Source: Tubiluchus corallicola
Lineage: Eukaryota; Animalia; Priapulida
DNA length: 64,000 nt
NCBI GenBank assembly: GCA_030141605.1
Contig: JAQGDQ010000225.1
Location: 298,064 to 362,063, forward strand
Reading direction: 5' to 3'
The translations under genes were made by a program, and so were the position numbers. Of the stretch, positions 34,903-61,353 are shown piece by piece (the first letter of the stretch is position 1; each line of letters begins with the position of its first letter). Under the pieces are notes generated by a model. The model saw only the letters and a list, made by a program, of their open reading frames with translations. It made no database searches and was not told the DNA's origin.

Positions 34903-36710
34903 GTGCAAGTCGTTAACATTCAGTCTATTCAAACCAAATATGGTTGGCAAAGCAGGTCACTTAGCTGATCTCTCATGCAGTATTTCAGACAGCTTGCTTG
35001 GCATAAAGCATCTTGAAATGCTACTGTACCCACAGTAAATTACTTTCATGTTTGCTTCTGCATTTTCTGAAACTGTTTGAAGCGGTTTCTTTCCGCTACA
35101 TAAAAATATATGCCACTAATTTACACATCAATTTGGATTTATATAATTCGCTGCAAACTTTTAGCATGTATGCTTTATGTCAGTGATGTAATTGTTACTA
35201 TTGTAAGTTGTTTCTTAAGTACAGTGAAAGTTGCCTTAATTTTTGCTGAGTTGTAAAAACCACCTTGTTAGTCAAAGGTGTCTGTTAAATAATTCACCAA
35301 CTACTTTTGCACATGTTCAGATCTAGTATATTTCTCATCTCAGATTCGGTCATGCATAGGGTAAATCATAAGTAATGACTACATTTTTTTAAGTTTACTT
35401 TGAAGTGTGGCAGGGACAATTCATTAAACAAATTCTCTGAGTTTCTTATGACAATTAATTTTTAATACTGGATTTAAAACATCAAAGTTAAAATGTAAAA
35501 TTACAAAAAAACTCATTCCTTATTAAAATTTGTCAACGTTTTATGATTTTGTTTTTGTGCACAGAAATTTGATCACCAGCACTGTTCGAAGATTATTAAA
35601 GTAAAACTAAACTCTCACTGTAATATGAGCTTTTACAACCTAAAATCCTACTCTCATTACGAATATTCAATTTATTTTATTATAAACTTACTGTAAAACT
35701 TGTTTCTTTTGATTTTTCATCACTTCATTGTTAGCAGTATTAAATTTGAAGAACCGCCATTTTTCGTTGCGCAAGATGAATGACATTATGAATGCAGTCA
35801 CGAGGTCACCAAAGATCGGTAAACAATCACCAGTAACCAGACACTTTCTGTACCTCATACGTCACTCCTGCTCACTTGTGCTAAAGATGCGAAACATGGC
35901 GATCTTTACAGCAATGCGCGCATTCAAAATTCGCCAGAAAAAGGTAAGTTATTTAATTTATAAGTCTCTTTTGTTTGATAATAGCTATGGATTCTTTGTG
36001 TAATCATAATAATCTGTTAAAAACTTCAATGTCTGTTGCGGTTATATAGGCCTTTACTGTTAACAAGGTTCAATTCTTTCTTTTAATCATGGATAAATAA
36101 ACCTCTGGAATTAGCGAGAGAACCAAGTTATGTGATAATAGAAAACAAGTTTGTAGCTTGTTGACTATGAATTTGTAAAACTCAGAAGATTTGTTATAAA
36201 CAATCAAAATTGTTTGTGAATCAAATGGTAATCTTGTGTTTGAATATATCTTGGTACATTATAGTAAGCATGTGGAAGTGTGTGTTGTTACTTTTGGATT
36301 CACCCTGCATAATGAAATTTTAATAATTTGCAGCAGACTTAGCATGCCACTATGAATCAAAGTGGAGTCATAAATAATATGTAGTTCCTCATTTGTGCAT
36401 TGAGTTGCATCTACACGTAACTGATTAGAAAAAATGACCATTTTCTTTTTACTGAAAAGTATGGCCTGTGGCCAACGGTCAGCTAACCAATTTAGTCCAA
36501 TATTGCATAATTGCTGCAATGAAGTATTTACAGTTAGCCAGACAAGAGGGGCACCCGTTGAATTTGGAATTTATTTTTGTGATATAATTGCAATTTTGTG
36601 ATGTTATTTGCTCCATTTCATTATTTCTTTGTGTTTAGGCATTTTTTGTATATAAGGGTGTACATTGTTCCAAATGTAAACATTTACACGTATTTTGCAA
36701 TTTATTTAAC

Positions 36711-36716
36711 AATAAA
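36711..36716 (+). terminator. Candidate polyadenylation signal of the HEXD-like gene
   Basis: AATAAA ~1.8 kb downstream of the stop, in AT-rich UTR-like sequence; other AATAAA hexamers exist. Confidence 0.3.
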
Positions 36717-38052
36717 TGTTCTAAATATTACATTATTGTAATTTAGCATTATTTAGCATTACTGAGAAATTATCTTTTGTATCATATTAAAATTTGAAAC
36801 AAAACAAACTACCTATCGATCATAACTTCATTGACTTAGGAATTGTGTAACTTGCTTAAGACTCAGATGTAGATGTCACAGCACATATGTTGGTCAGACT
36901 ACTAGAAAATTTCATCTTGCAGGAAAACAAAATGTTAGTAAAAATGTAATCTATGAGCATAGCCACTTGTGGCAATAATGAGATTCTTTATTATTTATTA
37001 TTGCCATTCTGCGTTGCTCAACTTAGAATTTTTTTTTACAAAAGTCAGATCTTATATAGTAAACTTATGGAACATGCACAAAATAAGAAAGTTGAACCTT
37101 ACAACTTGTAATACCATTTTCCATAGTACCGGAAAACAGTTTATTTATTTCATTATAATACATAGTTGTTGCACAAGCAATATTGTAATTTATTCCCGAA
37201 GTTCAGTAGGACAAATATTACATTTGTCCTTTCATAAATTTTGTTAATTAGGAACTAATTGTTTGTTCCACAACTCTTTGTATTTTGCTGATTATAAAGT
37301 GTCACTAAAACTAAATTTTGTACTAAAATGCATTGACAGGAGCAAACGTTTCATATCTTTGCATAATTAAGTTAGAATTCCTGGACTAAGGACTAATAGC
37401 TCCATACAATATTAGTCACAATAATTATAGGCTTGATCATGTTAGTCACAATTAACAACAATATTTACAATATAGTTTCTTTTCTTAATGATCATTTATA
37501 CATATACTTACATAACACTAAAACAACAGCAAAATATTGATATCTACAAATGACAATTATCTATCGTAATGAGATATTAAACAATACAAGTAATGACTGT
37601 TAATTGTAAGATAAGTTTTCGAGATCTGGAGAAAAACCTAAGTAACTAAATGTTCTTCTACGTCTATAAATTTAATTTTTATTTTTTAAAAGTACCGCAG
37701 CTGTGAGTATTATGTTGGACCAGGTAAAGAAACAACATGGCAATAGGTGAGTTTAATTAACTAAAAATTTTTATGATATCGGATTAGTATTGAAAGTGAA
37801 GAAGCCTCTAATACCAAGCCAATAGGCTACATCAACCCTAAAGTTGGAACTCTAACATAGGCCTTAAATGTATGGTGCCCTAAAACAGCAAAATTATTAT
37901 AGCAGAAATTATAATTAATTGTCATAATTCTGAAACAGTAATAATATTGGTCACATAATAATAGGCTAACTCGTTATGCTGACAATATTTATTATAACAT
38001 TTCAACAACAGTTAATAAATTATCAAGGATAAATATGATGCATTGTACAAAT

Positions 38053-49920
<11,868 letters not shown>

Positions 49921-52900
49921 CTAAAAAAAACCCAAAAATCAGCTAAATTTAAACGTACTTACAAAAGTGAATGTCAGCAAGCGCGAACACCCGAGATCTT
50001 CGCGCACACTACGGCTTGGCATGCTAACAAGTCATCAATGATGATTAAAAGAAGGATTTTTAGTTTTTCGACTAAAAATACATTTTTAATTTTTTCAAGG
50101 TTTCAAAGTTATTTTGAAATTCTGGAAACTATAACTGTTTCGTTTGTTTGAGGGAAATTGATGACTTTTTAACAATGATTCAAAAAATAATAACAAAAAT
50201 ATTATGATATAATTGTTCTGTTTTGTTGTGTTGTGTTTCTCTGTTAAGATAAGATAATATAAAAAACTTTTTTCAACTATTTTGGAAAATTTGAGCAACT
50301 AAAATAAATATTTTGCCAAATTGTGCAACTAAAAAAATGCTCGCTCTAATGATGATGTTTAATGTTGGGGGCTTGCGACTGGATTTCATAATGATTGTAA
50401 AGAAGAAATGTTCCTTGCAGCCCTAATAGTAGTCATAGTACATTAATGAGTTGGTAACACTTTATTGGATATTAACATCCAATAATTGACCTACAACTGA
50501 CATTGCCATAGCTAGGCAATAGGCTTTATTAGAAATCTGGTAAGAAACAAAATTACAATGATACAGTTGTTACAATTTATAAAGGAAAAGGCACGTAAAA
50601 TTGTTGACTATAATGGATCATAATCACAAGACAGTTTTCTATTTTACTCAGCTACTCATACACAGAAACTCATGCTCATATACTCATGCGATTACTTAAT
50701 CCACCACTAATTTAAGCGCTCGCTCACTTTCCTACAGTCTGAACAGGTTAAAGAGTGAGTACGTGAATGGGATTAGTAAGCAAGTGAATGAGTAAGTAAC
50801 TGAGTGCGCATGTGTATATGAACAGTATCAATTTGTTAATACGAGGCACGAGTAATGAATACAACTGAGTGAGTAATACACTGAAAAACTTCAACAATAT
50901 TATATGGCTTCTCCTTTTACTATTACGCACGTTAAAATTATTTTTAAATGAAAGAATTGTAATTTTGTGTTGTACTGGCTATATATCGAAAAGCACTGTG
51001 GCATTAAAATGTTTAGACAAGAAAAAACAGCAAGATCTTCACAGAATCGATTGCATGCTAAATGCTTAATCGAACAAATGAAATGCTTTTATCTATTTGT
51101 CTGCGTATTTATTCCAAAAAGAAGCGGCCAGGTAATAAATAGTAGACAACTGATAAAACAAACATGCAAATTTCAACAAACTGCCTCTTGAAATATTGGA
51201 ATTCTACATTCAGGTGAACTTGTTGGCTCACGCCTTCTTGTGTCCTTTAATTAAATGTCTTTAAATGTCTGATAAAGCTTTCAATGAAACAAAAACACAT
51301 ATATTTACATTGATAATATGTGTTTAAATTTATAAATATGTATTTTAGTTTTATTACAACTTGTGCATTAACAGTTTAATTAGAAAGATTAAAACTGCAC
51401 ATTAATTTTTTGTAATTTTAATCTGGTTAAAGAATTTATTAACCGCGGATTTTTATCACAGATAATTTTTCCCCAGGTGAAAATCCACAAGCTTCTTCTC
51501 CGCGTAACTCTCCAGTAACCACCTTCCCTAAAACTCCCCCCATTATGTCATTTTCATACCGCTTTCCTTCTGCTCATTGTGATTGAATCCTATCTCGCTG
51601 CGCTGAACTCAGCAAGAAACTTTCCTGATTCTAATGACAATAATTAGCTGCGCAGCCTCTCCACTTAATTACTCACTCAGCTCAACCAGCACTTTGCGAA
51701 GTCAAGATCTAATAATGCGCCAGTCGCTGAAATAGAGTTGCCAATAAAACCACTTTAGTCTCCTTGATAAACGCACTGAACAAGCACTCGATAGAACTGA
51801 ACAGAGATAAGAGTGGCTCTCCTTTTAAGATAAAAGATTTCTTGAAATTGATGCGGTGTGATGTTACAATCCACGAGGATATCATGTCAATTTTATCGTC
51901 AGGCAAACACGCTCGATAAATTTTTATTTGTAAAAGTTTTGCCAGAAATAACTTGTGGTGTCTTGCTTGCCAAACACGTTCTCAAATTTTTATTGCGGTT
52001 AATTTGTTAGTAAAACATGCGTTCGTATTAATAATTGTATTATTATGTTTAGATAGATACAAATCATGTGACATGGGCGAAAATTGATATAAGTGCCTTA
52101 TAGTGATGTAAGGCACTAGCATATTGAAAGTTACAGGCTATACAATATACAGAGGAAATTTCCGTGTAAAAAATATAAGTTGTTTATTTATAACAACTTG
52201 CCTGTGTCTCATAAACAATTTTCTACTGGTGTGAAAAGGGAAGCTTATATAGTTTACATAATCAGTGATCAACACTTATCATTCATTCACATATCTAATC
52301 CTCTTATGTATAACGTGCGTTTGCATGTTTGTTGCTTTTTGTTTTTCATTTTTTTGTGTTTTTCAGAGTTTTTTCCTTCTCTTACTTTTTAAAATGTATT
52401 CCTGTAAATGGCAGTACAATGGTTGAGTGATATACATAAGAACACTGACTATAATTATAGTGTTATTTTATATCTGGCAAACATGCACAAACATGTCTTA
52501 TAAACATTACTCGATTTATTTCGCTAAATGTTCGTTTAGATCAAGTTGGGGTTTTTGTTAAAACGATAGTGAACTATAGTCATGGCTTTTAGATGAACAA
52601 CACCCTTGGAATTTATCTGGCAAAATAAAACAGAGCTATCTGCTAATTTCAAGCAAAATACTCGAGACGGCGAATCTACAAACAGTGAAGTTAATGTCTT
52701 GCAGTAGAACTGGAGTGTAGTATTTCTCTTAGCAGAGAAGTCAGGTCTTGCAAAACAAACAGAAACTTGCGTAATTGGAATGAAAACAGAGCAAAAGGAC
52801 GTTATAATCGAGCTTGCGTTACGCACAACACGTGCGTCGCACATTTACTCGAGTGAGCCCTATTCTCATGGTAGCCTCCGGGCGAATTCCACAGACTGGT

Positions 52901-55639
52901 AAAATTCAGGCATCCGTATCCAGTTTCCTGATTCCAGAGCATAAAAATGAAACGTCACAGTGATTTAATGCACCCCCGAGGTGAGCAGCCAAATTTATGA
53001 TGAAAAACCCACAATTATTGATTCTTTTTAAGCCAAACTCGACAGAAAGAGCAAACAGAGAAACGGCAGAATTGAGGTTGGATTTGAACCAAGGGCATTT
53101 GGATTACAACACTGATGCCATTACTAATAGATTATACACTTCTCTGAGGTCATGGCGTTAGGCTTGTAATCCAAATTGGACTCTAATTCGAATCCACAGT
53201 CCGGACTTTTTCAGTCAGGACCAAACTAACAATTGCACCAGACCCTAGAGTATAGACCTTAATAAGGAAAACTGTCTCCGATAAGGTTTTGAATTATAAA
53301 TGAAGCCCTGAAGCTCTGAATCAAGAATTGCATTATTTCCGAGGGTATTTATTTCTAACTTAGTTACATAATATTATTGGAAGTCTTTAATAATCGGAAT
53401 AGTTATTAGAAATTAGAATTGCAGTGTTAGATTTGATTGTTGCTTCTAGTTTAACATAAAAATTTAAGATACCCAAATAATCAGATATAGTTTTTTTGTG
53501 ATAATGCACAACATATTTTTAACAGTGACAGAGCACTGGAGCGACACATTTCGCCAAATGTTGTACAGTGAGTCTAGAATAGATTCTATGTCTAACTTAT
53601 TACTATTATAATTTTAATTTAAAGATTGCCGTGAAATAAATGCGCAATAATTAAATTTGGGGATCTTATCTTGGCCAGAAAGAATGTGAAATGGAGTACA
53701 AAGCTGCTACATAACAAAGATCCTATTAGTGAACGAATGAGTGGATGAGTGAGCGAACAAGTGTGTAAATGAGCGAGTGAATCGGCCAGCGATTGAACGA
53801 ATCATACAAATGAGAGAATGAAGAAATATTTGAATGAAGAAACGACTGCACTAACAAACGAACGAATCCCTGTCAACAAGAACTGGTTTATTCTAGCTGA
53901 AGATATTTCTGGCATCTTCCCTCTCTCTCTGCATCCTGCTTCCTTTGTCTAATTAGAAGATGCATTATTAAAAACAAACGTCCATTAGCGTAGCTGGATG
54001 CTGCGGCTCACACGTTGGCATGATTAGGCATCATCTGTTAACAGCGCATTACGAGGAAGACTAAATATTTTTATTATCACAGCTAGAATAATTGCGCTAA
54101 TATATTATAACATTAGATGGTAACATTATACAGCGAATTATGAAATCACGTTTGTTTGAAAATGGCTATAAAATGATTTAATTAATGCATTAATGCAATG
54201 CGAGCGTATTAACCCTGAGCAGATCAAAACTGAGTTTATTAGAAACAAGAAATTATGATTTTTTTGGTTTCTCAAAGGTAGCTATAACAAGCAACTTCTC
54301 TTTTGGTTTGTATTTTGTTATTACTGTACTTCATGTAGGGGAAATTGGGGTTTGAAACAGGCAGACGCAGAACTTGTAAATACTATTGTAGCTACTTCTG
54401 CAAATGCATCTCAGCACGTACAATCTGTATTTATTGCCATAGTCTCGAAAGTATGGATTGCAGCCATACATAATAATTTTAAAGCCATCAATAGAATTTG
54501 AGGAAAACAAAAATACTATTAAATTAAAGTCTCGCTCTAACTCGCTCAAGTTAAAATTGTTAATGTCACCAAAATTGTTCACTAATTTGCCACATACACA
54601 AGTAATTTAGCATCAAGATATCACATAACATAAAACTGGTCATGTGGAACTTTAATTAGTGTTCAAACAAAAATTTCGTGGCGGCTGTTTAAAGTCATTT
54701 TTGCAACAAAATTATGAAGCTTTTAGTTTAAATATTGTCAAAATTATAATGCTAAGCTATGCTTGATATGGTACTGTCATTTATTGTGGCTTTTTCTCCT
54801 ATAATTCAGAGACGAAAAGCTCAATTTTTTTATAATAGACAACGTTTCGCGAAATTGATAAAAATTTATAAATTGTGAAATTGATAAATCTAATGCAGGC
54901 GCTTAACTCTCTCAATTTGCAATAATAATTGCAATTAGCAGTAACGCTGTACAAAACTTGTAAATTTAAACTCCCGTGATGACAGTAGGCGCAACCTTTT
55001 AAACGGTAAGTCATTTGAACAAGATTAGATATCACTACGTAAAGTTCGAAAAATAATCAGAACATTCGTAGCATGCTGTTTACTAACTAGGCAAAAATAT
55101 AAATTATATTATAATGCAGTAACATGAATAATGTGTTTTTTGGTGAATCAATGGTGCACACTGGGATGGCGATAGTGTTCCGTTCTACCAGGTGGCGCGA
55201 ATATTTCAAATTATAAAGTTTTTTCTTTTTCTTGTTACACAAGTCCTTCAAACGAGTAAGCGTAATGTTAAGTAATATAACTTTGAATGTAAAGTTTTTT
55301 CGAGATATACTTTAAAATTCCATTTCCATCCAGTTTACTGTGTGCAACTTTTGTGCATGCGCTATCAGCCGGTCATAGTACACGCAAATGTGACAAATGA
55401 ACAACAAGCTGATATTGCTGTAATTAAGATGAAATTATCATCCACTGATTGCTGTAATGATTAATAATTACCGATTTCAACGTGTGCTTACGATTCCTTA
55501 GAGCGCCGAATGGGATTGCAGCTGAAAACTACTGTTCTACATGCACACCGAGACCTCAATCCCTTTTCTAGCGTAAAGCTGTATTTTAAATAAAAGCTAT
55601 ACGTGCTTAAGTGTAGCAGTACCCCGTCTACTCAGACTA

Positions 55640-56180
55640 AATGTTCTTGTAAAATTATTTCTTCCTTTTCGTTTTTTGTACTTAACTTTTCTTTTCTTTT
55701 CATTTCACTTCTATTATATTTTTTCCTTTTCTTGCTCCTTTTTCGTTCCTTTCCTTCAGATTTCTCTCCTTTCTTTTCCTTTCTATTTTATTTCGTTCCG
55801 TTAAGCTCAGATCCTTTCTGTCCTTTTTTGTCTTTTCTCCTCTTTTTCTTTCTGTTTTTTCTTCCTTTCCCTTCCCTTCTCTTTCCTTCTCTTCTATTCT
55901 CTTCTCTTTTTCTCTCTCCTCTTTTATCTTTTTTCTTTTCCTTTCCATTTCTTTCCTTTCCCTTTTCTTTCCTTTCATTCTAATCTCATGTTGTTTTTTG
56001 TTTTTTCACTCATTTTTTCCGTTTTTCTTTCCTTTTTAAACCACATTTCTTTCCCTTTCTTTCCGCTTTTTCTTTTCCATGGCTTCACTTCCTTTTCTTT
56101 CTTTCTTTCGATCGTTTCCGTGCCTTTTTTCTTTCCATTTCCCTTTGTTTTTGTTTTTTGTTTTTCTTTTTTTTCCTTTT
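55640..56180. repeat. Long polypyrimidine (T/C) low-complexity tract
   Basis: Directly visible. Confidence 0.85.
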
Positions 56181-57249
56181 GTGAAATAGAAGTGACAGCA
56201 GTGAAATCCGTTTTGTCCGTGGCGTTTTGCAATTTAACAACAAAGCATTCAAACCAAGTATTTCAGCAAAGAGATACCCGCAAGCGACGACTCTATTTAA
56301 AAATGTTTAAACGAACAATAATGTCACTAACATTTTCACAAATTGTCAGTGCAAAAAATTCGAGGAAGTTAAAATTTTGCAGCATCGTGTGCAGCTACTA
56401 AGCATTTGAACAAAAATTATTTAAACACATTTCAGAAGCCATTAAACGTTAGGCGAAGCACACAGACGAATTATGTAAGAATGTCTCCCATGCCTTGCAT
56501 AAAATTTTACAAGGCAGTATTTAAGTCAATAAACTTAAAGGGTATCGTTGGTTGTACAGGTATCATGTCTATAATCTTTCCCAGTCAGTTCATCTATACC
56601 TCCTTGCTCACGGCGTATATCTTCTCCAACTGGTGGTCCATGTTAATTTCGTTACACGGATTCACAGGGGTTAATGAAAGCCATCAGGATGGACACATCC
56701 ATTCTAATCAAAGGGGGCCCGTGAGTTCGATGAACATTAACTCGCAGCTTTAAAACAGAATTAAATTTTACTTTTAAAATACATGTATTCGATAGCCTTC
56801 AAACGAGGAACTTGCGCGTTTGTATCTTGGAGAATTGTATCCCGTCAAGAAGCACCGTGCTGCGTTCTGAAGAAAAAATCACTGTACTGCCTGTGCTTCT
56901 GGCGGTAGATAGGTTGCACCGCTTTTGCTTAACAAGGTTTAAATTGACTTAGCAGTTGTTAGCATGAGGTCTCATGGTCTGCAACGGTCGAGACTTCACG
57001 CTGAACTGATTTAGAAAGTAAAGATCTACATTTGGGACGTAATTACTGCAAGCAGCACTCTCTTGGTTAAGTATTTAGGACTACACACATACTGCACATG
57101 CCCATCTTAGCGTGGGTAAAAACGATTATTTGAGTTAAGTTCATTTTAGAGTAGAAGATGTGAAGGCTACGTTTGCGCTATTATATATGAACGATTAAAG
57201 TAACTCAAGATACGGTCTTACGTCACTTCGGTTATGATAGATAGTGTTT

Positions 57250-57251
<2 letters not shown>

Positions 57252-57332
<81 letters not shown>
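57252..57332. repeat. (AT)n microsatellite
   Basis: Directly visible. Confidence 0.95.
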
Positions 57333-57336
<4 letters not shown>

Positions 57337-57884
57337 CATATAAAATTCATAATTGCCATTGTCATATATATATATATATATATACAAGTAATTGTAACAC
57401 TCATTACTGTAAGCTCTTTATTCCGTTTCTTTTACATTTAACTGTTTCAGTTTCGGGCAGAAAATTTGATTATCCTAATCGACGAAATGCTGCCCTCAAT
57501 CACACGCTTTTCGTTTCTCAATAAGCAGTTAATCGCTCTTTCAATAATTCTCTGCTGTTTTGCACATTTATTAGAATTTAAAAGACCAGACAAAACATTA
57601 CTGAGGCATTAGGTTTTCTTGGCAAATTACAAATCATCAACACATGAATAAAATGATCAATGGAATGCTTACATTGCTAGAACAATGGTATCATTGGTAT
57701 GTAGCATCAAGTAAATCATCTTCAGGGAAACTGGTCTGCGCAAAAAACTGCTACGCTTGAAGCCAACTGATTTATGGCCCCCAAAACTGCGACGAGACAA
57801 GGATAAATTCCTCATTCCCAAAAGATAAGAAATCTTACAAGCCGCCAAATTTTCTATAACGTTTGGTATTAATTACAGTTCTTC

Positions 57885-58552
57885 GTGTGGTACTGTCGCT
57901 GCTGGTGGTGATGGTGCTACTGGTGCTGGTGCTGTTGCTGATACTGATACTGATGATGTTAGCGCTGGTGTGTAAGGTGTTAATGCAGTAAAATAATCCT
58001 TTTTGGAATAATAGCAGAAGGAACAACAACATCAAATTGCAACAGCTACAATGATGACCATGATGGTGGCAGCAACGACGACGACGGTGACGACTACAAT
58101 AGTAGCAGTAATAATAACAATGGCAACCAAGAAGAAGACAATGAAGACGGCAGTGACGACAGCAACAACGACAATAGTGTTCTCGACGATGACGACGATA
58201 ACAATAACGTATTTAGTTTAGTTATTTAATCAAATTATTTTTCTTAATATGCTTTTGTGTCTTTATGATTTGATTATCTTAGTTTCAGGGTGTAGGGTAC
58301 ATTGTCTTTTGTTTTATATTAGTCTAAACATTTCCAGTCTAAACATTTTAAAACAGAGAAAAATAAAAATACATAAATATTATTAAATAGCACTAACAGT
58401 CGAGGAAGCAGCAGCAGTCATAGTAACAGCAGCAGTAACAGTAGCAACAACAACAGCAGCAACAGCAACAGTTGCAATAGCAACAATAGCAACAGTAGCA
58501 GCAGCAATCATACAACTGCAACAGCAGCAGCAGCAGCAGCAGTAGTAGCAGT
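57885..58552. repeat. Degenerate trinucleotide tracts (GCT/GAT, then ACA/ACG/GCA)
   Basis: Directly visible. Confidence 0.75.
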
Positions 58553-59966
58553 GCACTCATTTCTCTACTCAAACATTGTTTAGATCAGTAGCTTATCACG
58601 ACTTTATGTATACTGACGATATGCGTTTGATTACAAACGTGCTATGATAGCCTAGCGTGAGTGAGATAGCCATCATAATGAGGTGTGCATAGTGACTACT
58701 GTCATATAGATAACGCCACGCAGCTTATAGCTGGCTGCTATGTAAATTGTTTACAGAAGTGAATCGTTGATGCTGCATCCCAGATGCCGGAGGTTGGGAT
58801 AATTCCTGAAATTCGGAGATATCCAATTCACGCTCAGCTTCCGCCAAGAGCGGTTTGTTACTCACCCCGTCGACCTGTTCCCTCCTTCACTTGTTAGCAA
58901 AAAATCATACGTTATCTCGTACAGACAAACTGTTTTCAAATAATCATGTTCTTCACTCAGACTGATAATTCAAAAATAATAATGAATTTAATATAACACT
59001 TGGCGATAAAACAAAGGAACGCATAAAAAATCAAAAATAAACAAAAAATACCTGACACAGCAACAATGAGCCATCGAAACGGACAAGTGATATTGATTGT
59101 ATTACCAAGCAACTGAGAAAAGAATTTAATCAATAGGTCATGTAAAAAACTGAAAAAATTCCTCTCCCCCTCCCCTTCTATCTCTCCTCTCTCTCTCTCT
59201 TCTGTCGCTCTCTCTCTCTCTCCCTCTATCTCTCCTTTCTTTCTCTTTCTCTTTGTCTCTCTCTCCATTTCTTTACTCTACCCTTCTCTCTCGCACTCCC
59301 TTTCCCTCTAATTATTGCTTTTCTGAGTCAAAACCGACAAACATCAGAATCACGAAGTGGCTTCACAATTTCGCCCAAGTGAGAGCTTGATGAAGAGCCT
59401 GGTGATATCTGTAATTACTTATAATTGCTGCATCAGTGCTTTCAACCTTTTCGGGCAATTGACTTCCATCCTCCCCGCTTGATCACTTGCAGCCTTATCT
59501 CGGAGACAGTCTTCCTATTAATGGCTTCTTCTATACACTCAAAAGCGTGATTACTCTTATCGTCTGGTTTCGTGTTTCTTAATACAATAGCGAAGCCAGA
59601 TATGTGTAGAACACGTGCTTTTTACACCCTGGTTTTTTACTTTAAGAAATGAAATCAATGAATTAATTAATCAACTTAATTAACTGGGTTTTAACTCAAC
59701 AAATGAGGCAGAATTAATGAGTTCAACGGTTTACGTTAAACAACAACACCTAGCTAGCTGCTAATGATTTAAAGAAGAAAAAAACAGGCAAAAAAACAAA
59801 ACAATCGGGATTTGAACCACTAAACTCAGGCACCTATATTCTTTCACGCTAGTCTGCATTTCAAATGATTACAGCCCGCGAGTTTTAAGCATAAGGTCTT
59901 AGGTTCAAGTAGCGATTGATTTCCAATTGTTCAGCATCAACTTTTTTTAGCTGAATAGCTCTTAAC

Positions 59967-61353
59967 CAGGGCTGGATTATCCTATAAACTAGTACAGACT
60001 TCAGCCTAGAACACCTCAAGCTTGGTGGGCCCTCAAGCTTTGGTAAGATTTGGTAAGATTTGGTAAAAAATCTGTTTTTTTCACCACCGTTGTGTTGAAA
60101 TGTGCTAATTTGGTTTGCAATAAATAGTAAAATAGTAATACTTCTTAAAAAATATTTTTATTGACAAGCAAGAGATAGTTATACTAGTTTATTTTAAAGA
60201 ATTTTCAGTAAGTTTACTTCAAACTACGTAAATGTCGCTAAAACATATCCCACGTAAAAAATATTCACGACGGGTGAGGGCGAGTTAGAGGATGGCGCCG
60301 TCTGAGGTGGCCCATAATTTCATAATTTCAGCCTAGGGTCCCCATATTATCTCCTGTTTTATATGGTGTCTATATTGATGGTCTTTTGGTTAAATTACGT
60401 GATTCTGATATTGGATGTAAGGTTGGCAACATTTGTACTGGGACCCTCGGCTACGCAGATGATTTATCATTGCTCGCTAAATCTTTGCAATATATGGTGA
60501 CTATATGTGAAAATTATGGTAATCATTTCAATATGAATTTCTCTAATATGCAAAATAATAAGGTAAAAAGTAAATGCATTATTTTTAGAAAGAGTAAATG
60601 TAAAAAAAAACACAGACCTCTAATTTAACTAGAAAACAGGCCATTTTGCAATCACGTTACTCACTTGGGCCACATTTCAACTTTTGATTTACAAGATGAT
60701 GATGACATTTCTGATAAACCCTGTCATTGTATATACCTAGCTAATTATGTTATTGCTAATTTTTCTTACTTATACACAGATTTAAAATCACGTGTCTTCT
60801 GTAAAATAACTGTCACAGTTACTACAGAAATCAAACCTGGAAACTCGATAGTAAAATTTCTAAACTAAGTACTGCTTGGAATGTTACAATAAGAAAATTT
60901 TGGAATTTGCCGTTTAGATCACACAAATACTATCATCCATTTAATGTGATATTGCTCCCCCACTTAAACAACTACAAAAACGATTTGTTTTAATTTTACC
61001 ATAGTTGCTTATATAGTGAAAATCATATATCCAATTTCTTTGCACATAATTCTCGATTTCATGCTTCTTCTATAATGGGTTATAATTTATCTATTTGTAC
61101 ATTAGATGTAATGCTAGCGATGAACTAATACCGACTGTAAATTCCATTAAAGAAGTTATATGTAATTGTTTTGATTTTTTGAATGAGTTGTACGCTATAC
61201 TAACATATCTTACTCTCACTTAATTGTATATTTTCACATTGATTGCTAATCTTGTTATTTAATGTTATTTTGCTTGTTGATCTGTTTGTTTATTTGATGT
61301 GATTGAGTTCGAATAAAAATGATATATATATTATATATCATAATCTGGCTCTG
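59967..61353. mobile_element. hAT-like MITE (family B) interrupted by a LINE insertion
   Basis: CAGGGCTGGATTA at 59967; right end TAATCTGGCTCTG at 61341-61353; flanks CTCTTAAC/CCATTAAC (6/8); internal similarity to 30439-31294. Confidence 0.7.
60344..61335 (+). mobile_element. 5'-truncated degenerate non-LTR retrotransposon (RTE/RTEX-like RT fragment)
   Basis: ILSPVLYGVYIDGLLVKLRDSDIGCKVGNICTGTLGYADDLSLLA (RT YADD motif), later HLGH and AWNVTIRKFWNLP with frameshifts/stops; AATAAA and an AT-rich tail at ~61312-61335. Confidence 0.85.

Noticed and set aside
55603-56401. Phe/Ser/Leu-rich and Lys/Glu/Arg-rich ORFs
   Set aside because: Products of a polypyrimidine/polypurine tract.
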